From assembly GCA_964187785.1 (NCBI GenBank), contig OZ076411.1:58218001-58282000 (forward strand): DNA of 64,000 bases, given 5' to 3'. Origin of the DNA: Amphiscolops sp. MND2022. Lineage: Eukaryota. The notes beneath the pieces are model-generated. The model did not search any database. It was not told the origin of the DNA and saw only the letters and a program-made list of their open reading frames with translations. A program made the translations under genes and the position numbers. This document shows, in pieces, positions 1-11,815 of the stretch (positions within the stretch are counted from its first letter, which is position 1; each line of letters opens with the position of its first letter).

Positions 1-1576
1 GAAGTTTCGTAATTTTTTGAACTTGAGAACGCATTATCTCAAACTTCAATAATCAATTTTGTAGTCTTGACATCGTTCTCTAACTTTCAGTTCTGACGCT
101 TTTCCTGGGAATGCTTTCTTGAAAAATGAGAATAACCAAAAACAAGCGTAATACCGTCGAAACATTATTTTTACCTGGATAAAAATTGTAGAATTCGCAT
201 TTTGTGATCGTTTTGTTATGTATCTTCTTAAGCAGGACGTTTTGAGAAAAATGCATCAATGGCACAAAGTTTGTATCAGGCATTGAGATAGGGCATGATA
301 AAATTCGAAAATGCCGAAAATCAAAAATAACGTAACTGTTATGACTTTTGTAATTTTTGTTTAATTTGAAAATGAAAAATAGCCCTGTGAGAAAATTGAA
401 AAAAAAACTTTGCTTCTGGACTTTTGTGTCAATTGATTAAAAATTTATTGCGATTTGAAACTTTTTGTTAGCAAAATCGAGTGTCTTCAGCATTTTGGTA
501 CCATAGTGTATTTGAAAACTAGTGCAAGTTGCAGTGGTGTTTGAATGCTTCGACAGGAAAGGGCGACTATACCAGTGGCTTCTTTAAAAACTAGCTAGCT
601 GATCGACAGATTTCGATAAGCATTTCGATTAGTTGTAACTTAGTAACTTGTAACTGCCACTTGGCCTACAGGTTACCCGGATTTTCTGAGGTCTCAGAAG
701 AAGGAGGACTTGGGTTCGATTCTCGCGCCCTTAACCATTTTTTTAAGATTGCCAAAGTAGAGGGGAGACCGAAAGGAGACTTGCCCTATGAGACCTTTTT
801 CAACCAAAATGCCCTCCTTTGATTTTTAGCAGAAACATTTTTTTCTGTTAAACAAATTTTGTAGTTTACCGTTAAGGAAAACCGTTTTCCGATTCTTTAC
901 GGTAGCATATTCTTAAGGGTAACATTCGGTTATTTTTTGGTAACGTGGGATTGATGAGAGTTTTCTCATCGATTGTGAAAAAGATTCTGTTTTTTCGGCA
1001 GTGTGCGACTTTTCAAAAGATAATTCATTTGGTCAACGAGAGTCAAAAAGTTTTCGGCTTGTAAAATGTGCTTCTCAAACAAAAAGGTACTCTTTTCTGA
1101 TTAAACCAATTGTTTTGGGGAAAATTTACAAAAATTCCAAATTTGCCTATCTACAAATGAAATCTTTTTCCATGACAGTATGTTAACGTCTATTAGATTA
1201 GTTTTTTCTTTGAACAAAACATTTTTTTCCAGACTTAGACTGTGATTATGTTCGAAATAACTGTTTTTTTGTGACTCAAAAAAAAGAAGTTTATTTCTTA
1301 ACAGAAAAAATGGCGTCTTTCCGGTTTTTCGGCACTATGAGACTTTTTCCGAAAGAAATTTTTTGAATTTTCTTTTAAAAAATTGACCTTTCAATAAAAA
1401 TTTTAAATTCCTCAAAAACTGTCCATGCAATTGCATGAAATTTAGTAGTCATTCTACACCCAAAGGTGCTCCTGCGTGCACAAATGACATCAAAATCGTA
1501 TGACTGGTATCTGAGGAAGATAGACAAAATTAGTCCAAAAATGACCATCGTTTGCAAATTAAAAATTACATTTTGT

Positions 1577-2072
1577 TTTTAGTCGGCGCTTTTCTTAAGA
1601 AAAGAGCCCGACTATTACAGTCACTCGTTTTTTTTTCTTTTTTTTTATTTAAGACAGACTCGAAGCGACGAACGTTAAAATTAACGTTCAACTACTAAAT
1701 ACAGTACTACTAAAATACTGGCAGCGCATTTGAGATAGTGCAAAGGGTCCCCCTTTCAGTAAGTCCATTTTTATCGTAAGATACAAAACAGGACGAGACT
1801 ATAGGGTCCCCCCTTTGAGTTTTTTCGGCACTGTGCGACTTTTTTTCGAAATTTTTTTTGTCCCCAAAGGGTCCCCCCTTCGAGTTTTTTGATATTTTGC
1901 AACGAAATGTATGTTAATAAATCCAGAAGGGTCCCCCTTTTACATTTTTCGGCACTATGCGACTTTTTTTTGAAAGAAAAAAAATTTTCAAAAATTTCAA
2001 TTTTCCAAAAAAAATCTTTTGCGCTTTTTGAGCCTTAGATATGGCGCCGACTTTAGACGTTCCCGTCTTGTT
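1577..2072 (+). mobile_element. HINE/DINE-1-like family 1 copy
   Basis: 5' TTTTAGTCGGCGC within a hairpin, internal GGGTCCCCC repeats, 3' subTIR GCGCCGACT + hairpin GACG-TTCC-CGTC + TTGTT. Confidence 0.7.
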
Positions 2073-2477
2073 CAATATTTTAATCCATTTCCGACTCCTT
2101 CACCGCACGTGCGGCTCTGGTTTGATGTTTTCGAGTCTTATGGGTATCCTTTTGGGTATTTTTGGCACTCTGTTTGAACATTGAGCCGGCGTAGACTTGG
2201 CAGGAATAAAGCAGGAGAATCTAGGGGTTGTATATTGTGAGCTTTGTATCGGTCCATGTTCACACCTTTGATAGGAGTGTTAAAAATTGTAAATAAACAG
2301 TGTTTTCCCGGCTCATTTATTTACTTACAGCGAATGATGTCGTTAATAAGAGTTTGTATATATTTACTACACACAGAGACGGATACCTTCGAAACGACCA
2401 TAATGCTCAATCGAACTTGCTGAAGGTTTAAATTCTATTTTTTCTGGATGGGTCAATGTCACCAGAAAAAATGGGAA

Positions 2478-2777
2478 ATTGAGTTCGCTCTGAAATACTG
2501 ACATTTTTCGTTTTCCTTCTACGAAGCCGTTCCTATTTGGCAGTTGTTTTGTGGTTTATTCTCTCTAATTTATAGAAATCTCGAGTGCGGCAATTGTTAT
2601 GAATGCAAATCATAACTGTAATTCAATCTATTCTCGCTTTAATGATTTGCATTCATAACAATTGCCGCACTCGAGATTTCTATAAATTAGAGAGAATAAA
2701 CCACAAAACAACTGCCAAATAGGAACGGCTTCGTAGAAGGAAAACGAAAAATGTCAGTATTTCAGAGCGAACTCAAT
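2478..2777. repeat. Perfect 136-bp inverted repeat with 28-bp loop
   Basis: 2478-2613 is the reverse complement of 2642-2777. TCAATCTATTCTCGCTTTA occurs at both 2623-2641 and 2773-2791. Confidence 0.95.
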
Positions 2778-2822
2778 CTATTCTCGCTTTAGTTAGTCAT
2801 TAAAAATGTGATTCATTTTCAG

Positions 2823-3005
2823 CCTGTTAAAGCTATAGAATTGTACCGAGAAGGTCTGCGACTTACAAGTGAGTATGCGGTTGAGGGCATTCGCAGTGAC
2901 TACTTACCCAAAATTCACACCATGTACAACCTGCACCTCATCCTCGGCTCTCTGCCAGAAGGCACAGTTGAACCCACACCAAGAGATTCAGAGCTTATCA
3001 CTGAG
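2823..3005 (+). CDS. SHPRH: SHPRH-like gene, internal coding exon (first seen in window)
   Basis: ttttcag acceptor, gag|gtacgt donor, phase 0/0. IELYREGLR...IHTMYNL...PTPRDSEL matches the vertebrate SHPRH segment AELYREVLR...LHATHNL...PTLRDGRL as I recall it. Confidence 0.85.
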
Positions 3006-3388
3006 GTACGTAGCTCTTGCCAAAAAGATCAAGTAGTCCAAATTTACCTTTTGGTAATGTATCAGTTTAGAAGTGCACCCGACTTTCAGAGTCAGCAAGT
3101 TTCTTAGCGAAAGCTTTACATTTTGTAACTTTTTCTCTCAGATTTTACTATTTTCACTTGGAAGTTTCAAAGCAAGTTTCTTTGTATCACACTCGTATTG
3201 GTGCAAAAAAGGACTGGTACACGAATAAAACGTTTGGTGCGAATTGGCTGCATGTACCGGTCACTTTTTGCCACTCTACCAATGTGATACAAATAAACTT
3301 GTTTTTGAAAATTCACAAAGCAATAGCACCACAGTTGACGTTGCAACCAATCCCTTCTAATTTGATTTTAACTGCGTTCACGTAATTA

Positions 3389-3920
3389 AACAAGCCGGGA
3401 ACGGCCAAAGTCGGCGCCATATCTAAGGCTCAAAATTTAAAAGGGGGACCCTTCGGGCTTTGTGAATCTCCAGCTGGTTGCAAAAAATTTTTAAAAAAAT
3501 GAAGGGGGACCCTTTGGAGACATGAAAAAATTTCCGAAAAATTTTTAAAATATTTTTGAACAGTGTCAAAGTGCCGAAAATTGTAAAAGGGGGGACCCTT
3601 TGCGATTTTTTGACATCCATTGTGTTGCAAAACATCAAAAAAAATTGAAGGGGGACCCTTTGGGGAAAAATTTCAATCCAAAAAGTTTCAAAAAGTCGCA
3701 TAGTTCCGAAAAAAGTGGGGATCCTTAGTGTGATTTCGAGGTTGTGGACGTCTGTTTTGTTTTTTCTTCTCGTTTTGGACGCTTCTGAGGTTGGAGTTGT
3801 TGAGGTTTGAAGTTGTGGAGGTTGTTGAACAAATGAACAAAAAGTGGACCTTTCGTGTCTAAAAAAAATACCCATTGTAATAGTCGGGCACATTTTCTAC
3901 TAAAATGCGCCGACTAAAAA
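3389..3920 (-). mobile_element. HINE-like family 1 copy
   Basis: Same ends. It interrupts a ~180-bp sequence whose uninterrupted relative is at 6791-6970, inserted in an A/T run with no TSD. Confidence 0.75.
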
Positions 3921-4017
3921 CTGAATTGAATCTCAACGAATCCAAACTTAGTACAAATAATGAATTGAATTGTTATTACTCGGAATAAGATTCAACCAAT
4001 CAAATTTGAATTACGTA

Positions 4018-5945
4018 ATATGCACAAAGAATATTGGACAAACGCACTGAACTATGCATTTTACATCAAGAACTTGCTCTCACACTCAGCAACCAAGCAA
4101 ACACCATATGAGAGGATGAATAGTGAAAAGCCAAACTTGACCTTCTTCGAAGTGTTTGGCTGCAAAGTTTACAATTTTGTGGAGAAGCAATTTAGAGGAA
4201 ATTCGACAAGAGAGCAAAAGTGGGAGTCTTTCTAGGTTTTGCAGAGAACATCAAAACGTACATAGTTGGATTAGAGGAAAACGGCGCAATCAAGAAGATG
4301 GAGACAAGAAGTGTGAAGTTCAATGAGAATGAGCTTTACTTCGGAACCGATGAAGGTCAACCAAGTGTGAACAACGTCCCATCCAATCAAGATCATGACA
4401 CAGTTGTTGTGGGCGATGAAGTGTCATTCAATGCACACAAGGAACCAAGTCAGACTAAGCTACCAAGTTCCGTTCAAGAAGCATTGAAAGATCCTCAGTG
4501 GAAAGAAGCAATGAAAGCTGAATTCGATTCCTTATGTAGCAACCAAGTCTGGACATTAAAGGAACTACCGGAAGGAACTAAGCCACTGAAAAGAAAATGG
4601 CATTTCGATATGAAACACAACGAAGACGGCACTTTCAATAAATGCAAAGCCAGATTTGTTGCGAAAGGGATTTCGCAAGTTGAGGGCGCGATTTCTTTGT
4701 CCCGATTTCTTTCACCTACCACAAGAATGTCCACAATACGGATTCTGTTGAACCTTGCTGGGCATTATCAAATGAAACCAAGACAGATTCACATCAAAAC
4801 AGCATTTTGAATGCGGACATAGAAGAAAACGTCTACATGGAACAACCGGAAGGCTTTGAAGTGAAAAGTAACGAAGGTAACAAAGTGTACTGAAAGTTGC
4901 GAAATAGTTTACACGGACTTAAACAGTACGGACAATCTGGTATTTATCACAGAAGACGTTCCTGGAAAGAATAGGATTCCGGTAATGTACGAATGACAAG
5001 TGCTTTTTGTTGCTAGAGGAACTGATGATATGTTGTATTGGGGACGACAGGAAAATTTCGTTGAATGGTTCGAGAAGAAAGTGGAAGAACAATTTGAAGT
5101 GAGTGACTGTAGTTCACTGCATTGGTTTCTTGGGATGAAGGTAGATGTCAGAGGTGAAAAGGCGGCGAGTCAGGAGAAATATATTGACGATCTTTCGATA
5201 CGCCTCAACATGGAAGAGTGTGAACCAGTACAGAGTCCGTTACCAGAAAACAGCAAGTTTGAATGAGAAAGTAACTAAGGACAGGATTACCACGAACAAA
5301 GCATAATGGAATGACGAGACTATTGAGAATTAGTTGGTATTTTAAACTACTTGGCACTTAGCAGTCGTTTTCGGCATTGGTCATGCCTCCCACGTCTTAA
5401 GTAGTTCCTAGAGCATCCATCAAAAGAGCATTGGCTGACCGGTAAACGATTTTCGATGTAATTGAGAGGACCCAAGCAACATGAACTCGTGTTTGGAAAG
5501 TGTGAAGCGGTGTGTCTGTGTGCTTTCTCAGGCAGATTGGACCGGCGAGTTGACACCGAGAAAGAGCACAAGTGGCCTGTGTGTGTGTGTGTGAAATTGA
5601 GCAGCATGAATGGTTATTCGTGTTGAACTGACAAGTTTCAAGGTAGTGTTGCTCTGTCAACAGCTGAAGCTGAAGTCAATGCTTGCACTGTTGCTGTCCA
5701 AGAGTTGGCGTCTTCTTGTGGTGTATTGAGTGAGCTTGGAGTTAGTGTGTCTAAACTTGTGAGCAAGTTTATTGGCAATCGAGCATGAATAGCTCTAAGC
5801 AAACACTCTGTCAATCATAACAAGACAACATTTTGCCATAAAAACTTGCTTCTTTCAGGGAACAACGGAAAAAGGCGAATTTTCATATGACTTTTAACCT
5901 ACCGATGAAATGCCGGCAGATCTGCTAACAAAACATCAAAGTGAA
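4018..5945 (+). mobile_element. Degenerate 5'-truncated Ty1/copia pol fragment (integrase C-term, RT, RNase H)
   Basis: YWTNALNYAFYIKN...TPYE...FGC; WKEAMKAEFDSL...VWTL...KARFVAKG; FLGM; STAEAE and PADLLTK remnants. Multiple stops and frameshifts. Confidence 0.9.
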
Positions 5946-6250
5946 AACAACAGGAAGGGAAGTGAAAACAGCACTTTCCACTAAAGTTTTGCTGTGCCCT
6001 TCATATAGCACCGAAAACTAGGAGTTTCAACATATGTTTGATCCATTAAGTTCTTGCATTATTAGCTCCCTTGACAGCACAGTGTTTCCCATAAATATAT
6101 TTCCGGTGCGATCAAGGTGTGGTATATAGTTGAGGTTAATTACCTCCAAATTGTTGATTTCCACTCAGTTGCCCAGTTTTTCGTCATTAATTGGAAAGAA
6201 TGATGACTACAAACATCTTTTCGTCTCATAACCTATAACGAAGAAACTTG

Positions 6251-6790
6251 TTTTTAGTCGGCGCAATTTAGTAGAAAATGTGCCCGACTATTACAGTGGG
6301 TAGTTTTTTTTAGACACGAAAGGTCCACTTTTTGTTCATTTGTTCAACGACCTCCACAACTTCAAACCTCAACAACTCCAACCTCAGAAGCGTCCAAAAC
6401 GAAAAGAAAAAACAAAACAGACGTCCACAACCTCGAAATCACACTAAGAATCCCCACTTTTTTTCGGAACTGTGCGACTTTTTGAAACTTTTTGGATTGA
6501 AATTTTTTCCCCAAAGGGTCCCCCTTCAATTTTTTTTTGATGTTTTGCAACACAATGGATGTCAAAAAATCGCAAAGTGTCCCCCCTTTTACATTTTTCG
6601 GCACTGTGACACTGTTCAAAAATCTCATTTAAAAAAATATTCGGAAATTTTTTCATGTCTCCAAAGGGTCCCCCCTTCAATTTTTTTTACATTTTTTGCA
6701 ACCAGCTGGAGTTTCACAAAGCCCGAAGGGTCCCCCTTTTAAATTTTGAGCCTTAGATATGGTGCCGACTTTGGCCGTTCCCGGCTTGTT
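6251..6790 (+). mobile_element. HINE-like family 1 copy (inverted near-identical partner of 3389-3920)
   Basis: TTTTTAGTCGGCGC ... GTGCCGACTTTGGCCGTTCCCGGCTTGTT. Confidence 0.75.
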
Positions 6791-7399
6791 GAAAATTCAC
6801 AAAGAAATACCACCACAGTTAAAGTCGCAACCAATTCTTTTTAATTTGATTTTAACTGCGTTTACGTAATTCAAAAAATTGAATTGAATCTCCAAGAATC
6901 CAAACTTACAAATAATAAATTGCGTTATCACTCGGAATAAGATTCTACCAATCAAAATTGAGTTACGTAATAAATGCTGAGATTACATGTAGAGAGCGGC
7001 GATTGACCGACCGCTCAACTGTCAGACTGTGCCTTTAGCCGATCCTATCATATATAATAGGATATCAGCGATGATGGTTGTATGGATTATAGCCGAACAG
7101 GATTAAAGTCGAATTTTTTTATAGCAGACTAGGATTGGATTCTTGATTGTAATTGGGCAAACCATTTTGGAAGCTTTAGCTTCCTAATTATTATGCAACA
7201 ATTAGATGCAGTCAGAAGAGATGGAAGTTAATGCATGTAGATTCGGTTATAATCCCAAGGGCTGTAATTCTGTTCGGGCTAAATCACGGCTAACCAGTGA
7301 TAATATTCTAGTTTTTGTTGTGAAACTATAATAGTAGTTGGTTATTATATACGCATTACAAACCGCAGGGGGGGGGGTTAGTTAGCAAAATAAAATTTC

Positions 7400-7490
7400 T
7401 ACCAAAGACTATGAGTCCCTCCCGGGACTCGAACCTCGCCGGTTGAAATAATGGGCCAGCGACCTAACCACTATGCCACGAAACCATCTC
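7400..7490 (-). ncRNA. tRNA-like Pol III cassette with terminal GNRA hairpin in the left terminus (mirror copy 32861-32960, +)
   Basis: Box A TGGCATAGTGG (7478-7468), box B GGTTCGAGTCC (7435-7425), hairpin GAGTCCC-GGGA-GGGACTC (7430-7413), then T4 runs. Does not fold into a clean cloverleaf. Confidence 0.5.
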
Positions 7491-7539
7491 AACCAGTATA
7501 TACAGGTTCTATATAAACCCAATAAATACCCAGTGAGCA

Positions 7540-7900
7540 CCCCCCGTCCACACTCTACATGCAAAAATTGAAAAATTTTGAAAATCTTACAAAAATTCGG
7601 GAAAGATATCTGAAACAATCAGAAATGAAAAAAACCACATCGTTGACATCAGAAAACAAAAAACGATAAAAAACTGTCAAAAATGTAACACCCCCCTTAC
7701 ACACTCTATATGCAAAAAATTGAAGTTTTTGAAAAACTCGGGAAAGGATCTGGAACAATCAAAATGAAAAAAAACGCATCGTTGACATCAGAAAACAAAA
7801 AAAACGATAACTGTCAAAAATGTGAACACAACCCCCCCCCCCCCTCCACAATCTACATGCAAAAAATCGAAAAATTTAAAATTTTTCAAATAACCCGAAA
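7540..7900 (+). repeat. Subterminal ~150-bp tandem repeats (~2.5 copies) with C-tracts
   Basis: CTACATGCAAAAAATTGAA...CATCGTTGACATCAGAAAACAAAAAACGATAA...CTGTCAAAAATGT-Cn recurs near 7550, 7700 and 7850, and is mirrored in each right-arm unit. Confidence 0.8.
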
Positions 7901-10068
7901 TGGTGTGAAACATTCGAAAATCTTGTTAAAAGCGTCGCAATCATCAATAATGAGGGCAAAAGGTCCCAGTAAATACTTCCTCAGGACATGTAAAATCCCA
8001 AAAACGAACAAAAACAGAAAACGGAACTTTCAACATGGAGTTTTGCAGCAAGATTTTGACCGTGGAACACAACTAAAACCAAACTATTAGAAATGTTCTT
8101 TCTGTAAACCTCATTCCAACGGCAGTCATTCATGGGAAATGAGAAACCCAAATTCAAGAGTGCCCATGACTGACTTGTAAAGTCTTTTAATTCCGCTGGT
8201 TGAACAGCTATTAATGGATTCTAGGTCGCATTATGCGGTTTGATACGAAGCAATTTATGCATTTTACAGAAATCCGTATAACTATAGTCATTGCTGCCAG
8301 TGTTTATGGTAACCGAGGATAAACAGGACTATATACCAGCAAAGCCGGAAAAAGCAAGGCTCATGCTTACCAAGTCCAATTGAGCATCATATCTGCTAAG
8401 TAATGACAAACATCGTACTTACACCTTCTGATCGTGATCATAAAGTCTTTAAAATGTAAGATACTACTACGAAGCTCCTTTCAGCGAAGGGGTATTGAAA
8501 TTTAGAAGCCAAGCATTTAACTTGTCTCGTTTTAGACTGTAAATGAGACATTATTGTGCCCATCAAGAGAAACTTTACCAGTCGGCTCTCTACCAGTAAT
8601 ATTCATCTCAATATCCAGGCGTTTAGTATTGCAGTTAATTAAAAATATATATCAAAGATATCCCTTGTGAAATCACCAATTTTTGGGTTTTGATGAGAAA
8701 CAATTTACGCTATCCAAACTTGTAAACCTTGTCTTTCTCATCTCAATTCGTGGGTATCTTTTGTCTCAAGTGTAACAGTCTGTAATCAATTGCAGGTGTA
8801 GTTTACATCCATTGCGCCAATTTTAGTACTGGATTTTCAAGCAAAAAGTAAAACAGATAGTTAATTGCACTCGATCAAATCACAACCTGGTCATCTCAGG
8901 TAAATCTAGCGAAGAGACTTCAAGTTACTTGTTTTCTGATCTTTGATACTTTCGATACTTTTCCAAAATTAAAACCTACATCTAGGGCTGTTCAGTCCCG
9001 CAATGTTTCCGCCTAACTGGAGAATAAATTCAATATACCAATAGATACTAGGTTTCATTGTGTTCAAGTATTTGTGATGGTCGAAAAAGATGATAACTCC
9101 ATCACTCCAATTATATGCTTACCGATTATTCAAGCTGCTTTCAGAGAATAGAATAAATTGACATTTCGGAAACTTTTACCACAAAATGTCATGCAAACCG
9201 GGGTTTCCTTTCGATTACCTGCAAATTAGAATAGGTACTGCTTGAAAGGTTGGCGAAAAGTCTACATATTGATAAAATTGCACGCCGGTGAGCTTTGTTT
9301 TTTGAAGGTTGCCTTGGATTGAACAGAAAGGAAACCTCACGCCCATCTTCGTTTTCAATGGTACTTCTGGAATACCTCCAACTGAGACACGGAGCTTTTA
9401 TAAAGACTCGGAGCTCTGACCAAGAATTGAATGTTTCAGATTGCATCTACCTACGAATGAGGATTCTAAATAGTGTAAAGTTGTGACCAATCAAGAGTAT
9501 GGTCTATATCGTCTCAAACATCATATCATAACCGCCCGAGCCTGACGGTAGATCAGCTGGATCTTTTCACTACTACATAGTCAAGTATCTCCCAATGTTT
9601 AGAGCTGTATATATTCGAAAAATTCACAATGCCTAGAGCTGCATATTCATGCACTTCCCATTTTCCAGAGTGAACGTTTTCTGCTAAAATTGTCTCTATT
9701 TCTTGATGCCGAGAATTACATAGAAGGTTTTGAATATTGTACTTTGCTGTTTTCATAATTCATGCAATCTCAGCAACATGAGACTGACAACATTTGTCAG
9801 TTATAAAAGCAACTTTAAAATGAGTCAGATTGAGTACGCAAAAGCTCCACTAAACAAGCTGACGCACGTTCAACAGCTGTAAAAAACATTTACACATACT
9901 GTGTCGGTACCGCTTTTGATCTTATCCAGCGTCGCACTCTGCAGAGTCTGTTTGCTTAATTATTTTCTAATTGTTTGACTGATGTTAAAAACAAATGCCA
10001 CCCGGGACACGCTATTGAAGCCACTGTCTAATGATTAATCACAAGTACAAAGTTCCGGTGTCGCTTTC

Positions 10069-10299
10069 ATGTTTACACAGCGTGTCGCTTTATTTAATCA
10101 ATATGGACTTGGCAACTACAGAGATCTATTGATCCAATATCAATCTTGCATCCGGTCTGCTCGGCCAAAACAAAAACAATCCATACTAAATTTTGTTTAC
10201 GATGAACTAGCGAATGGAAATGATTTGAATTTTGAGGTCTCGATTCTGTTTCAATCATTAGTATCTTGTTTCAAAACATTCATCAAATTTAGTGAATGA
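10069..10299 (+). CDS. Small orphan ORF (76 aa) present in all four copies
   Basis: Same length and almost the same translation at 21273-21503, 25596-25826 and 29912-30142. No recognisable motif. Confidence 0.3.
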   Translation: MFTQRVALFNQYGLGNYRDLLIQYQSCIRSARPKQKQSILNFVYDELANGNDLNFEVSILFQSLVSCFKTFIKFSE

Positions 10300-10487
10300 A
10301 AAAAGAATAGCAAGCCATTTCCGTGGTGTAAAAGTTTTGTGCCTGGTAAACATTGTTCTGTATGCAACAAGTTCTCTGTTGTGTTAAATGTCATTGAGCT
10401 TCAGTTTACTTCAAGTATTTTGTCAGTTAATTTTTTTCAGACGTTTGTCTTGAGATCACCGGTAGCACAGCATAATCACCAGTCAAA

Positions 10488-10871
10488 ATGTATCAGAAAT
10501 CAGCCATGACTTCCAGCTCTCCCACATCCTCAAAAGATCTCGAGTTCGGAGATGCCCATATTGACGTGGCATCATCTGATAAACGGCTTGTCCGCGTGAC
10601 CACAAACACATATAAAAACAGTGGTCTTACATTCATCAACATCAAGTTGTTCAAGAAAAATGAGGATCAAGAAGACTTTCGCATGCAACAGAGAGTGGGT
10701 CTCACTGTCAAGGAGTTTCAGGAAATTATAGCGAATGTAGAAAATATTAGCATGGGCCCTCCCAGTCCAGACGGCAGTACGGGGGAGAAGAAAATCAATA
10801 AGAGGATTGCTCAAAGCTATACGGGAACTGCTGTCGTCAAGAAGCCAAAAACTGCTGATAAGAAGGAATGA
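10488..10871 (+). CDS. PC4/Sub1-like ssDNA-binding protein (127 aa); right-arm copies frameshifted
   Basis: KRLVRVTTNTYKNSGLTFINIKLF...QRVGLTVKEFQEIIANVENI parallels the PC4 pattern RYVSVRDFKGKVLIDIREY...[20 protein letters not shown]. Basic C-terminal tail. By-eye match only. Confidence 0.6.
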   Translation: MYQKSAMTSSSPTSSKDLEFGDAHIDVASSDKRLVRVTTNTYKNSGLTFINIKLFKKNEDQEDFRMQQRVGLTVKEFQEIIANVENISMGPPSPDGSTGEKKINKRIAQSYTGTAVVKKPKTADKKE

Positions 10872-11815
10872 AAAGTTGTACAACTCATTTCAAAAGTAAT
10901 TACAGCATACAAGTTTCGTTAATGTTCCTAGTTTTAATCCGTTTTTATAACCATTAATTGTAGTAAAATAGGTTTTTCGAATGTTTTTGCTTCTATTTCA
11001 TTTTTCTTGCATCGGTACATCCCATGTTCTCAATCGTTTTTTTTTGTTGAACTGTGCTTTAATGCTTTCTTTTGTTTGTCCCTGATTTTGTCTTTTCTTC
11101 AATCTACCCTTTCTATCATTAGTTTTTTATCATTTATTTCGTTTTTGTTTCCATTGCATACGCTCCTCTCCTCATTTACGCTCTATCCCATCTTATACTG
11201 TAACGTATCGATTTGAGTTTACTTTCGATGAAGTGTTGTTGTTCCCTTCCTGTGGTATCCGCTCTTTTTTGCAATTTTCACCTCTTATACGTTTAAATTA
11301 ATTACTTGATTTACCTTTTTAATGTGCTTTGTTCTATTTTCTCCTGTCGTTGTTCCAAATCTGTACGTTAAGGGAGTATTCAATATTTAGCTAATCCCCA
11401 CTATTTCGTTTGTTGGTGTGATGCTTTTGTTTAATCTCAAAGTCCAGTGAAGTAATATATATTCGATATATACATTTTTTCAGCTCGTAGGTTTTTGAAT
11501 TAGTTTCATTCATCCCGAGTTTTTTTTCGTTGTTGAGGTAGTATTGGGTATTGAAAACACTTCGTGAAAAACTACTCAAAAATTTTTTCACTCCTTTATA
11601 TTTTATAGCAACATTGATGAAAAACATCCTTTTCCGAACGTTTTTGAGTAAGGGAATCTTTTCGGTGGCGGTTCTCCAGAATGTGCAAGCATCTTGAAAC
11701 TCGAATTGTCTCATGGAACTGTAAAACCCGTGATCCAAGCAACTTTTTGATTTTGTATAGTCAATGTGAAGTAATTGTATCAACTTTCATTTACAATTTT
11801 TTTTGTAGACGAAAC

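Noticed and set aside
3423-3893. ORFs over the repeat families (also 6332-6742, 47822-48392, 57319-59133, 28114-28662)
   Set aside because: Chance open frames in low-complexity repeats with Phe/Lys-biased translations and no domains.
3305-6970. ~180-bp direct repeats (3305-3388 plus 3921-4018, and 6791-6970) as LTRs of the first copia fragment
   Set aside because: No TG...CA ends, PBS or gag. The upstream copy abuts the middle of the integrase.
7400-7490. Functional tRNA gene
   Set aside because: Acceptor, anticodon and T stems pair poorly; only the promoter boxes and a separate hairpin are convincing.
10572-10883. Antisense ORFs overlapping arm genes (also 13321-13566, 14372-14796, 15648-15962, 20646-21005)
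   Set aside because: Shadow frames of the better-supported opposite-strand ORFs.
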